Notes: generated from the letters alone by a model not told the origin. DNA of 64,000 nt from Gammaproteobacteria bacterium (GCA_965243205.1 CBDEUK010000002.1:736001-800000), one strand, 5' to 3'; counted from the stretch's first letter, positions 22,918 through 31,827 are shown. Made by a program: numbers and translations.

Positions 22918-23349
22918 ATGACATCTGAAATACATTCTAAAATTCGTATTAACTTTATAACTGCGTTATTCAGTTTGCTGTTTGCCATACTGGGCTTTAG
23001 TTATAACGCTTGGCGCATGGAGGTAACGGAAGACAATAGCAACATCCGCACGGCTTCGTTTGAAGTGTTAAAAGAACTTGCTTCTTTAGAACAAAATATT
23101 TATTCCTTACACTATGATAAAAACCAAGTTGAAGGCAGTCCTCGAAAAGGTTGGGTCAGTGTTGGATTGATTAATGAGTTAAGTGTATTAATCAATGACG
23201 ATGTGCATGTGCAAGCACAAGCTTTAAAAACGGTTTGGAATGACAACTGGTCAAATATTGAAGCCAGTAATGATTCTACTGAACGGGTAGTTAAAGCAAT
23301 AGAAAATGTACGCGAAGAAATTACTGCCACTTTATCTATGTTGAAGTAA
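22918..23349 (+). CDS. Hypothetical membrane-anchored protein
   Basis: 143-aa ORF, one N-terminal TM helix followed by SYNAWR and an amphipathic helical body. Confidence 0.75.
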   Translation: MTSEIHSKIRINFITALFSLLFAILGFSYNAWRMEVTEDNSNIRTASFEVLKELASLEQNIYSLHYDKNQVEGSPRKGWVSVGLINELSVLINDDVHVQAQALKTVWNDNWSNIEASNDSTERVVKAIENVREEITATLSMLK

Positions 23350-23528
23350 AAAATTCCCGGCCATGCAGACCGGGCTCGACATGGGGAGTCTAATAAGTTT
23401 GCTCAAATGAATGAGCTGGGCAACTGGTTCGGAAATATATAACAAACTCCCTCAAATGAGGTTTCAACTCAATGAAGTTTTTTTCATCGTTTTATGACAA
23501 GCTTTAATAAATAGTTGAGTTAAGATTG

Positions 23529-23924
23529 CTATTTCTTTGATTTCTTATTCTTATTTTTCTTGTCAGATTTTTTATTTTTATCTTTAGATTTTTTGGACTT
23601 CTTATCTTTATCCTTCTTTTTAGCCTTATCTTTCGCTTTATCTTTTTTCTTATCCTTAGACTTTTTATCTTTACTGGCTTTTTTAGGTTTACTTTTTGAG
23701 TTTTTTTTCAGCGTTTTCTTTGTGGTAGTTTTCTTGGATGAATTCACAATATCATTTGCAGCTTCCAAGGTTTTCTGAGCTCTAAGAGCACCAAAACCTG
23801 GAACCGTCATTAATTTTGCCTTGCCAGCTTTAATAATCGCTTCGGCCGTTTTAAAGCCATGTTCTTGAAGTACTTTTGCCGTTTGAGGGCCGATGCCATT
23901 AATCTCTACTACGGGTGTTGCCAT
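23529..23924 (-). CDS. Helix-hairpin-helix protein with Lys-rich, histone-like C-terminal tail
   Basis: INGIGPQTA and VPGFGALRA HhH motifs, then ~65 aa KKDK-rich tail; AGGAG SD. Confidence 0.85.
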   Translation of the reverse strand: MATPVVEINGIGPQTAKVLQEHGFKTAEAIIKAGKAKLMTVPGFGALRAQKTLEAANDIVNSSKKTTTKKTLKKNSKSKPKKASKDKKSKDKKKDKAKDKAKKKDKDKKSKKSKDKNKKSDKKNKNKKSKK

Positions 23925-24060
23925 GACAAACTCCTACTTATTTTTTATCTAACAATATAATAGTGCATCTAATTACATTCTTCAGTTCAGACAGTAAAAT
24001 CGGCGGTTTTTTAATCAATTAGGTCTGGTTTTTGCTGCAATTTTTGAAATTTATTCAAAA

Positions 24061-24093
24061 TTGACATCAAACCGACATATATATGTAATAATC
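24061..24093 (+). promoter_or_regulatory. Pho-box-like 11-bp direct repeats upstream of btaA
   Basis: TTGACATCAAA / CCGACATATAT / ATGTAATAATC, resembling PhoB half-sites CTGTCAT at 11-bp period. Confidence 0.5.
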
Positions 24094-24136
24094 TCCGCTG
24101 CGAGAATGACAGAACTAGGAGCCTCAGCGACACACT

Positions 24137-25309
24137 ATGGTTACGAAGCTAAAACGTAAACTCTTACATGGCACTCACGATTTTTTCTTCAAAAAAGTAC
24201 ACAATAGCTGGCTGATTTATAACGCCAGTTGGGAAGACCCTCGCATCGACCGACAACTGCTTGAACTTGATGAAAACAGCAAAGTTGTTGTACTAACCAG
24301 TGCTGGCTGTAATGCTCTGGATTACCTGCTCGATTCTCCAGCAGAGATCAATGCCATTGACATGAACCCACGTCAAAATGCGCTACTGAACCTTAAATTA
24401 GCGATTATCAAACATCGTAACTTCGAAGACTTATTCAAAATGTTCGGTGAAGGTTCTCACCAAGATTTCCGCAAAGTATACGCAGATGTACGAGATTCGC
24501 TAAGCGATTCCGATAAAGAATTCTGGGATAAAAAAATCGTCTATTTTGATACCAATAGCCGCAAGAAATCATTCTATTATTATGGCGCCTCTGGCTTATT
24601 GGCGTGGATGATCAGCAAATATCTCACGCGCAATAAAGAATTACGCGATGGCTTATTCAGCTTATTTGATGCGCAAAGTCTGGAACAACAAAAAGAAATT
24701 TTTGACCGTATTGAACCGATGATTTGGGGTAAGTTTATGACGTGGTTGGTGCGTCAACCATCGACTATGGCATTAGCTGGCGTTCCTCGCCCTCAAATTG
24801 ATTTAATCAAAGAGCAATATCCAGGTGGACTGGGTGGTTTTATCAGCGATAAATTCCGCCATGTGTTTACCGAAATCTTAGCTGAAGATAATTACTTCTG
24901 GCGTGTGTATTTAACAGGCTCATATTCAAGTAAATGTTGCCCAAATTATTTGAAGTCAGAAAACTTCTTCAAATTAAGAACCAACGCCAACAGTGTTAAA
25001 ACTCACAACAATACCGTAACGGGCTTTTTGAAAGAAAACCCAGGTGAATACACGCATTTTATATTATTGGATCATCAAGATTGGTTGGCGCAGCATGATC
25101 CAATTGCCTTAGAAGAAGAATGGCAAATGATTCTTAAAAACAGTGCCCCAGGTAGCAAAATACTCATGCGTTCTGCTGCAACCGAAATTGATTTTCTTCC
25201 GCAACAAGTCACTGAATCATTACGCTTCTTTCCAGAAAAAACCGATGCCTTGCATGTAACTGACCGAGTTGGTACTTACGGCAGCTTATACTTTGCAGAG
25301 GTTCTATGA
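24137..25309 (+). CDS. btaA: S-adenosylmethionine:diacylglycerol 3-amino-3-carboxypropyl transferase BtaA (DUF3419)
   Basis: IYNASWEDPRID, TSAGCNAL.YL, IDMNPRQNALL.LK, DNYFW..YL, LLDHQDW, DRVGTYGS. Confidence 0.88.
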   Translation: MVTKLKRKLLHGTHDFFFKKVHNSWLIYNASWEDPRIDRQLLELDENSKVVVLTSAGCNALDYLLDSPAEINAIDMNPRQNALLNLKLAIIKHRNFEDLFKMFGEGSHQDFRKVYADVRDSLSDSDKEFWDKKIVYFDTNSRKKSFYYYGASGLLAWMISKYLTRNKELRDGLFSLFDAQSLEQQKEIFDRIEPMIWGKFMTWLVRQPSTMALAGVPRPQIDLIKEQYPGGLGGFISDKFRHVFTEILAEDNYFWRVYLTGSYSSKCCPNYLKSENFFKLRTNANSVKTHNNTVTGFLKENPGEYTHFILLDHQDWLAQHDPIALEEEWQMILKNSAPGSKILMRSAATEIDFLPQQVTESLRFFPEKTDALHVTDRVGTYGSLYFAEVL

Positions 25310-25941
25310 GTTCAAGTGATGTAGCCAACACCTCGGCACTGCAAAAATACTACAAACTCCATGCTTCAATATATGATGCCACTCGTTGGAGTTTTTTATT
25401 CGGTCGTCAAAAGATCATTGACCTTGCGGCGAAAGAAATCGATCCAAAAACAATCTTAGAAGTGGGTTGTGGTACTGGTCGTAACCTTCAAGCATTAGCT
25501 AAAGCATTTCCAAATGCAGAAATCACAGGCTTGGATCTTTCCAGTGATATGTTAGCGATTGCTGAAAAGAAATTAGCTAATAATCCGAATATTAATGTTG
25601 TCGAACAAAAATACGATAAACCGATTACTGATTCGGCAGGTAATATCAAACAATACGATTTAATTTTATTCTCGTATGCCTTATCAATGTTTAATCCAGG
25701 GTGGGACGAAGCAATAGAAGCTGCAAGTGATCAACTTAGTCATGGTGGCATGGTAGCAGTTGTTGATTTCCATCACAGTCGATTCAAATTCTTCCGTAAC
25801 TGGATGCAAGTCAACCACGTTCGTATGGAAGCTCACCTACAACCGTTCTTACAAGAAGAGTTTTCGTTTATCTTAAATAAACCGATCAATGCCTACCAAG
25901 GCATTTGGCAGTATTTATTGTTTATTGGAAGGAAGAAATAA
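25306..25941 (+). CDS. btaB: SAM-dependent methyltransferase BtaB (DGHS N-methyltransferase)
   Basis: IYDATRWSFLFGR, LEVGCGTGRNL, FSYALSM, VVDF; ATGA-coupled to btaA. Confidence 0.82.
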   Translation: MSSSDVANTSALQKYYKLHASIYDATRWSFLFGRQKIIDLAAKEIDPKTILEVGCGTGRNLQALAKAFPNAEITGLDLSSDMLAIAEKKLANNPNINVVEQKYDKPITDSAGNIKQYDLILFSYALSMFNPGWDEAIEAASDQLSHGGMVAVVDFHHSRFKFFRNWMQVNHVRMEAHLQPFLQEEFSFILNKPINAYQGIWQYLLFIGRKK

Positions 25942-26047
25942 TTTTATAGTTTTGCTGCTAATGCTCGGAAGAATATCAAAACTATAAAGCTGATTTTAAT
26001 TAATTGCTTGAATTCTGTTTTTTTTACATACCTACAAAAATATCTCG

Positions 26048-26105
26048 AAAAAATATTTACATTCAATCGACCGCATTAGTCAGCAGCAGGAATGATTAGC
26101 TAGGG
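26048..26105 (-). mobile_element. Highly degenerate attC-like site (third of array)
   Basis: Minus strand CCCTAGCTAATCATTCCTG...GATTGAATGTAAATATT overlapping the stop of 26100..26570. Confidence 0.35.
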
Positions 26106-26570
26106 TGCACTTTCTTTAACTTTCTCAATTAATGGATAATATTTCTCTGCGATATGTCCATCTAGAACTTCACGGAATTCTTGGCTAAGAAATATTTCTT
26201 TCGCTATGAAAGTTTCATTTGAGAAGCGCATATCATTAAACATTTTGTTTTTTCCTGAAGCCATTTCATAAAGTAATTTAATATAATCTTCTGATGCAGC
26301 ATCAAATAACCATAAAGCTGGGACAGGCTCAGTATCGAAGCTTCTCATACAATTATATTTTGGAAAGAGCGTAACAATGCTTTTTACGAATAGTTCACAA
26401 CTTTCTCCTTTTCGAACTTGACCATTCGCGCATTGATGATAAGCACGGTCAATCTCAAGATACTTCTCAGGGAATGGGCATGCCTGTTCATCTGCAATCG
26501 CAGTAGAACTAATCATTAATAAAAATGTAACTACTATCTTTTGTATATTGTTCTGCATTCTATTTTCCAT
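26100..26570 (-). CDS. Hypothetical secreted Cys-containing protein (putative gene cassette)
   Basis: Signal-peptide-like N-terminus (STAIA-DE), four Cys; flanked by attC-like sites. Confidence 0.75.
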   Translation of the reverse strand: MENRMQNNIQKIVVTFLLMISSTAIADEQACPFPEKYLEIDRAYHQCANGQVRKGESCELFVKSIVTLFPKYNCMRSFDTEPVPALWLFDAASEDYIKLLYEMASGKNKMFNDMRFSNETFIAKEIFLSQEFREVLDGHIAEKYYPLIEKVKESAP

Positions 26571-26574
26571 TAGA

Positions 26575-26643
26575 CCTTAATATCATGCTCTGGGGCTAAC
26601 CAGAACATAGCGTAGGTCCGCCCTAAGCAGCAATTTATTAAGT
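26575..26643 (-). mobile_element. Degenerate integron attC site
   Basis: Minus strand ACTTAAT-AAATTGCTGC...GCCCCAGAGCATGAT-ATTAAGG; R'' overlaps the upstream stop, R' lies 4 nt before the next ATG; cores AAT/ATT instead of AAC/GTT. Confidence 0.6.
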
Positions 26644-27186
26644 ATTTTGTCTGTATTTTCTATAATACTCTTCGATAGTATCGAGGAGTTCTTCATAACT
26701 AATTTTTAAGGAGTTCGCTGAAATATTAATTGGTGTGCCACACATTTTTACGTTTGCTTTATTGGCCATACGTTTAAGTGCATTACCAGTATTAACGTAC
26801 TTTTCAGGATCTTGAACTAATATGGATACAAACTTTTGCTTTTGTACCTGATACTCATTTATACCCACAACTTCAGACCAGGGGATAACTCCGGCAGAAA
26901 CACCACTCGAGTTATCTAAAATTCCCTCTTCATTTAGGATTAGCCCTGGAGCTTTATCAAATAATTTCTTTAAACCAACTAACGCACATAGACCAAAGAA
27001 TACGATACCGATCACCCCTATTCCGTATACAAGAGCTGGACTATTAAATCTTCTAGAACTTTCAATAGAGTCTGTATCTAATGTTAGAAACCAAACACCT
27101 AGAGCAACAAATATAGAAGCCCCTACTATAAGTAGAATGATTTTCAGTTTGCTAAGATAAATTATTTTTTCATTCGATAATGACAT
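26638..27186 (-). CDS. STM3941-like two-TM membrane protein (putative gene cassette)
   Basis: LSKLKIILLIVGASIFVALGVW, PGLILNEEGILDNSS...IPWSEV; family recognised from memory. Confidence 0.75.
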   Translation of the reverse strand: MSLSNEKIIYLSKLKIILLIVGASIFVALGVWFLTLDTDSIESSRRFNSPALVYGIGVIGIVFFGLCALVGLKKLFDKAPGLILNEEGILDNSSGVSAGVIPWSEVVGINEYQVQKQKFVSILVQDPEKYVNTGNALKRMANKANVKMCGTPINISANSLKISYEELLDTIEEYYRKYRQNT

Positions 27187-27201
27187 TTTGATTCATTGTT
27201 T

Positions 27202-27259
27202 GCATAACGTTTGAGTTCAACCAACCGCGTAAGCGTTCGACTGGAATGACTTCTTAGGT
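27202..27259 (-). mobile_element. Integron attC site (short, 58 bp)
   Basis: Minus strand ACCTAAG-AAGTCATTCCAGTCGAACGCTTACGCGGTTGGTTGAACTCAAAC-GTTATGC, 15 nt before the ATG at 27186; same layout as aadA-type 59-base elements. Confidence 0.7.
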
Positions 27260-27335
27260 GATTATGAACTCATAAATAATTCAAAATATTTTACGCTTTT
27301 ATCTTTCTTAGTTGAACGTCGTTGGAAACTATAAT

Positions 27336-27421
27336 TGGTGCCGATGGCCGGAGTCGAACCGGCACGGGCTAAGCCCACTACCCCCTCAAGATAGCGTGTC
27401 TACCAATTCCACCACATCGGC
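27336..27421 (-). tRNA. tRNA-Leu (GAG)
   Basis: GCCGATGTGGTGGAATTGGTAGACACGCTATCTTGAGGGGGTAG...GGTTCGACTCCGGCCATCGGCACCA; 86 nt, long variable arm, encoded CCA; usual position after secG. Confidence 0.97.
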
Positions 27422-27482
27422 TTGTTTGAGGAAGGGCTGATAAGAATTCAGCCCTTTGTTTGAATTGTAATTATAGTATGAA

Positions 27483-27986
27483 TTATTGCGGTAAAGCAGG
27501 AAGGTCTTCTGCTTGTTGCTCAACGTCTTGTTGAATCTCTGCTGCTTCTTCTTCCACTGATTCTTTAATTGCTTCAACAGTAGTTGCTGGATCCCATGAA
27601 TCAGTAGCAGCGTCTAGATTTCCACCTTCTGCTTTAGCTTTTTCAGCCGCTTGCTCTAAAGCTTTTCCAAGTTCTTCCGTCGCAGCGTCTTTTTCAACTT
27701 GTTCAACTAATTCAGTATCATCAATCAAACTTGTAGGTGCTTCTCGATTCGCTGCTAGATAACCTAGAGCTAAACTATTTGCTAAAAAAATTGCTGCTAA
27801 AATAGCGGTTACTTTTGTAAAGAAGTTACCTGAACCTTGACTACCAAACACAGTACCCGATGCGCCACTGCCAAAAGCTGCACCCGCATCAGCACCTTTA
27901 CCGTGTTGAATTAAAATAAAACCAATCAGTGTTAAGGCAACAAAAACCTGAACCACTAATAAAATTGTTTGTGCAAATTCCATCAT
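27483..27986 (-). CDS. secG: Preprotein translocase subunit SecG with long acidic C-terminal tail
   Basis: ILIQHGKGADAGAAFGSGASGTVFGSQGS; start at ATG 27986 or 27983 overlapping the tpiA stop. Confidence 0.95.
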   Translation of the reverse strand: MMEFAQTILLVVQVFVALTLIGFILIQHGKGADAGAAFGSGASGTVFGSQGSGNFFTKVTAILAAIFLANSLALGYLAANREAPTSLIDDTELVEQVEKDAATEELGKALEQAAEKAKAEGGNLDAATDSWDPATTVEAIKESVEEEAAEIQQDVEQQAEDLPALPQ

Positions 27987-28741
27987 TGTTTCCTCATTGC
28001 ATGACAAATCGAAAGAAAGTCTGCGGCCTTTAACGAAGCACCGCCGATTAAACCACCATCGACATCTGTCATTGAAAATAAATCATCGGCATTGTCGGCC
28101 TTGACGCTGCCACCATATAAAATTCGTATCTTGTCTGCAATTTGCTCATCATGTCTCGCTAATTGCAATCGAATAAAAGCATGAACTTCCTGAGCTTGTT
28201 CTGGCGACGCTGTTTTCCCAGTACCAATCGCCCAAACCGGTTCATAGGCAATCACCGCGTTTGAAAAAGCTTCGATTCCAGCTTGTTTAATCACCGCATC
28301 CAATTGTGCCGCAATGACAGTCTCGGTCTCATCAGACTCACGTTGTTCTAATAATTCCCCTACACATAAGATGGGTATGAGCCCAGACTTTACAACCGCA
28401 TCAAATTTTTCCGCTACCAATGCATCGGTCTCACCGTAATATTCACGACGCTCAGAGTGGCCGATGATCACGTATTCACAGCCCAAATCCTTAACCATCG
28501 ATAAAGCAATTTCACCCGTGTAAGCGCCTTTTTCAATATGCGAAGCGTTTTGTACACCAACCGCAATACTACTTTCCTTTAATAAATCAGCTACTTGCGG
28601 AACATAAATATATGGTGGACAGATTGCGACTTCGCCTTCTGTATTCAGACCATCTCTTATCCCCGTTACCAACTCTTCATTAGCAACCATTGAACCATTC
28701 ATCTTCCAGTTACCAGCAACGAGTGGAGTGCGTGATGTCAT
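27983..28741 (-). CDS. tpiA: Triosephosphate isomerase
   Basis: AGNWKMN, GHSERR, AYEPVWAIGTG, LYGGSV, LIGGASL. Confidence 0.99.
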   Translation of the reverse strand: MTSRTPLVAGNWKMNGSMVANEELVTGIRDGLNTEGEVAICPPYIYVPQVADLLKESSIAVGVQNASHIEKGAYTGEIALSMVKDLGCEYVIIGHSERREYYGETDALVAEKFDAVVKSGLIPILCVGELLEQRESDETETVIAAQLDAVIKQAGIEAFSNAVIAYEPVWAIGTGKTASPEQAQEVHAFIRLQLARHDEQIADKIRILYGGSVKADNADDLFSMTDVDGGLIGGASLKAADFLSICHAMRKQ

Positions 28742-28833
28742 AATAAATTAAATCGCCCGAATTAAGTTCGATAGTTAAAAAAGGGGGCAAGCTTACCGAG
28801 CCAAAGACTGGAAATCAAATAATAATCACGTAT

Positions 28834-29493
28834 TTAGGTCGGTTTTTGGCCTAGGACAAAACAGTGTTTGCAATCACTCTGCTTCGAGCATTTCTCCTTG
28901 GCATGTCGCACAATCAGAGCATGATATTCATTAAATAATTGTACATCTTCTCGACCTAAATACCCTTCGAATCCTAAACGTAATTCTTCATATGATTCAT
29001 TACCCTCAACCATCTCAAGTGCTAATAACAACCGACGTGTATATGCATCAATCACAAATACCGGCCGCTCAAAAGCATAAAGTAAAATGTCATCAGCGGT
29101 TTCAGGTCCAACTCCATTTACGGTTAATACTGCATCACGTAACTCTGGGGTTTTTAAGCGATTAAGTTTTCTAAACTGACCTTGCTCATTAAACCACTGA
29201 CAGTAATTTTTTAAACGTTTGGTTTTAACATTGAAATAACCGCTTGGACGAATTAACTTTGCGAGATCGGATTCCGATAATTCTAAAATGGATTCAAGCT
29301 TTAAAACTTTAGCCTGTTTTAAATTATGAATCGCTTTTTCAACATTTATCCAAGCTGTGTTTTGCGTAAGAATAGCACCGACCATCACTTCAAATCGGCT
29401 AGAAGCAGGCCACCAATCTTGTGGCCCATAGGCAGTTAATAATCGATCATAAACGCTGAGTAGCGTCTTTTGGTTAAACGACTTTAAAACTAT
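28834..29493 (-). CDS. Endonuclease III-related HhH-GPD DNA glycosylase (COG2231-like); start probably non-canonical ATA 29493
   Basis: GAILTQNTAW, IRPSGYF, GVGPETADDILLYA, VIDAYTRR; frame stays open upstream of the tracked GTG and encodes the family N-terminus YGPQDWWP. Confidence 0.85.
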   Translation of the reverse strand: MVLKSFNQKTLLSVYDRLLTAYGPQDWWPASSRFEVMVGAILTQNTAWINVEKAIHNLKQAKVLKLESILELSESDLAKLIRPSGYFNVKTKRLKNYCQWFNEQGQFRKLNRLKTPELRDAVLTVNGVGPETADDILLYAFERPVFVIDAYTRRLLLALEMVEGNESYEELRLGFEGYLGREDVQLFNEYHALIVRHAKEKCSKQSDCKHCFVLGQKPT

Positions 29494-29499
29494 GTTGGC

Positions 29500-30396
29500 T
29501 TAACCTTGTTTCTCTAATTTATTTTGGAATTGATAAAGCCTAGCTGAATCAACTGGATTACTTAGATAAGCATCCATACGTCCAGACATTTGTGCATCCA
29601 AAGTTTGAATTCGTGCATTCGGTTCTGGATGCGTTGCATGCATTTGTTTATACGATTCACTAGTTGAAGGATTGATTCGGTTTAACGTATCTAACACACC
29701 CATTAAACCATAAGGGTCGTAACCTGCACGGGCAGCGATAACGACGCCAACTTGATCGGCTTCAAACTCATCATCTCGATTTAATCCACTCTCCCAAACA
29801 TCAACTCCAAGAGTTGTTAATTGATTAACAAGTGTGCCCCAACCTCTACCAAATTTCTGTGAGATCACTTCACCTGCAATGTCTTTCATAAGACCATTAC
29901 GTGCACGTTCTTTGATATCTTCAAGATGATGCTGAACAATCACATGGCCAATCTCATGCGCTAATACGCCAGCCAATTCAGACTCATCACGAAATAACAT
30001 GAATAAACCTTTCGAGATAAACACATACCCGCCTGGGGCAGCAAAAGCATTAATCGTATTATCATCTAATACGCCAAACCGCCAAGGGAGGTTAGGACGT
30101 TCCGTTTGACTCACTAACCACATACCAATTTTATTTACGTATTGTTGCAATTCAGGATCATTAACTAATGGTGCCGCACCTAATAACTGAGAGGACATGT
30201 TTTGTCCGAGTTCGATTTCTTTTGGTTCATCAAATTCTGCAAAAGCGTCTTTATTGTTAACAACAATGTCTATGCCTTTGGTCACATCTTCAATAAAACC
30301 TAAATCTAAGGCCGATGCAGAGATAGCGAGGATGCTTATAATACTTATCAATAAAAGCCGTTTTGTATTCGTAAATAGTTTGTTAAAAATCTTCAT
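29500..30396 (-). CDS. M48 family zinc metallopeptidase, secreted
   Basis: NAFAAPGG, LAHEIGHV (HExxH), EFEAD, THP; signal peptide. Confidence 0.92.
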   Translation of the reverse strand: MKIFNKLFTNTKRLLLISIISILAISASALDLGFIEDVTKGIDIVVNNKDAFAEFDEPKEIELGQNMSSQLLGAAPLVNDPELQQYVNKIGMWLVSQTERPNLPWRFGVLDDNTINAFAAPGGYVFISKGLFMLFRDESELAGVLAHEIGHVIVQHHLEDIKERARNGLMKDIAGEVISQKFGRGWGTLVNQLTTLGVDVWESGLNRDDEFEADQVGVVIAARAGYDPYGLMGVLDTLNRINPSTSESYKQMHATHPEPNARIQTLDAQMSGRMDAYLSNPVDSARLYQFQNKLEKQG

Positions 30397-30415
30397 TGTA
30401 ATTATCTCTCTTTAA

Positions 30416-31033
30416 CTACCAAAGACTATCTATGGCTTTATTAATAAGATCATTATCGTCTTTCTTTTTTGGTGTTTCAGTTTTTGTAGACTCAGGTTGG
30501 CTTGTTGATTTATTCGAAGAAGATGATGAGACAGTTGTCTTAATATTTTCAAAATAGGCGACATTATTAGACCGTAGAGGAACTGATGACGCGTATTTTT
30601 TTCCGTCGCTCAATGTCTGCTTAAAGTTATCAAGTTTAGCGAGCTCCTGAGGATTCGGTTGAGCCTTTTTAACATCACCTGGTCCTAGACCGCGAATACC
30701 AATAGTGGCTGATGCGTTTGATTGTTGAGAACTTGAACCCGCAATAACACGTTTTAAACGACTGAACCAACTGGTATTTGATTTAATCTGCACATCGTAG
30801 CTTCGAACCCAACCCGATTCACCACTCTCAGTTTTGACTTGATACCAACCGCCTTTTCTGGAATCAATCGTGATGCTTGAACCTTGCTTTAAAGTTGCTA
30901 CAACAGAAGATTGTAAATTTGCTGAGGAATAGAGTTTAGAATCAACACTCACTGAAGCCGTCTTAGCAGCCGCTATAGCCAGTGTCACACCAGCAATTCC
31001 CAATAAGAGAAGAAGAAATTTTACCGTACGCAT
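30416..31033 (-). CDS. Secreted SH3b-domain protein
   Basis: Signal peptide, GGWYQVKT..G.SGWV SH3 signature, ATIGIRGL motif; upstream of M48 peptidase. Confidence 0.82.
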   Translation of the reverse strand: MRTVKFLLLLLGIAGVTLAIAAAKTASVSVDSKLYSSANLQSSVVATLKQGSSITIDSRKGGWYQVKTESGESGWVRSYDVQIKSNTSWFSRLKRVIAGSSSQQSNASATIGIRGLGPGDVKKAQPNPQELAKLDNFKQTLSDGKKYASSVPLRSNNVAYFENIKTTVSSSSSNKSTSQPESTKTETPKKKDDNDLINKAIDSLW

Positions 31034-31086
31034 AGCGTTCCCTTATTTCATGTATTTAATTATTAGATAATAACTTACCTAGAAGT

Positions 31087-31827
31087 TTAGTCTACTTTAG
31101 ACGCTGCTACCAAACTATCAATTTCTTTTTGTTCCAATTCCCACACATTTCCCACTCTGCGCTTGGGTTCTAAGAAATATGGCCCATAACGCACTCGGAT
31201 TAATCGACTGACCACTAATCCTTGCGATTCCCATAAACGTCTGACTTCTCGGTTTTTGCCTTCCATAAGCACCACATGATACCAATGGTTGGCTCCTTCG
31301 CCGCCAGATTCAACAATATCCGTAAATTTGGCAAATCCATCTTCTAATTCAACGCCATCACGTAGTGTTTGCAGCTGTTCATCGGTAGCAGTACCAAGAA
31401 CTCGAACTGCGTATTCGCGGTCAATCTCGCTGCTTGGATGCATTAATCGATTCGCGAGCTCGCCATCGTTTGTGAAGAGCAATAATCCAGAACTGTTGAT
31501 ATCCAAACGACCAACGCTGATCCAACGACCGCCTTGGATACGTGGTAATTTTTTGAAAACAGTAGGACGACCTTCAGGATCATTGCGTGTACATATTTCA
31601 CCTTCAGGTTTGTAATAAGCAATGACTCGAGTCTTTGAATTTTTTTCAAACCGTTGGCGTTTTAAGACTTTGCCATCGAGTTTAACAATGGTGTTATCAT
31701 CAATTTGATCGCCAAGCCCAGCTTTTTTCCCATTGATATCAATACGACCATCTTTGATCCAACGCTCAATCTCGCGTCGAGAACCAAAACCGGCACGAGC
31801 AAGAACTTTCTGAATTCTCTCGGCCAT
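31087..31827 (-). CDS. rluB: 23S rRNA pseudouridine synthase RluB
   Basis: [16 protein letters not shown] (S4), [22 protein letters not shown]; follows scpB. Confidence 0.93.
   Translation of the reverse strand: MAERIQKVLARAGFGSRREIERWIKDGRIDINGKKAGLGDQIDDNTIVKLDGKVLKRQRFEKNSKTRVIAYYKPEGEICTRNDPEGRPTVFKKLPRIQGGRWISVGRLDINSSGLLLFTNDGELANRLMHPSSEIDREYAVRVLGTATDEQLQTLRDGVELEDGFAKFTDIVESGGEGANHWYHVVLMEGKNREVRRLWESQGLVVSRLIRVRYGPYFLEPKRRVGNVWELEQKEIDSLVAASKVD

Noticed and set aside
27386-27577. 63-aa ORF
   Set aside because: Overlaps secG and tRNA-Leu; its end is a translation of tRNA sequence.
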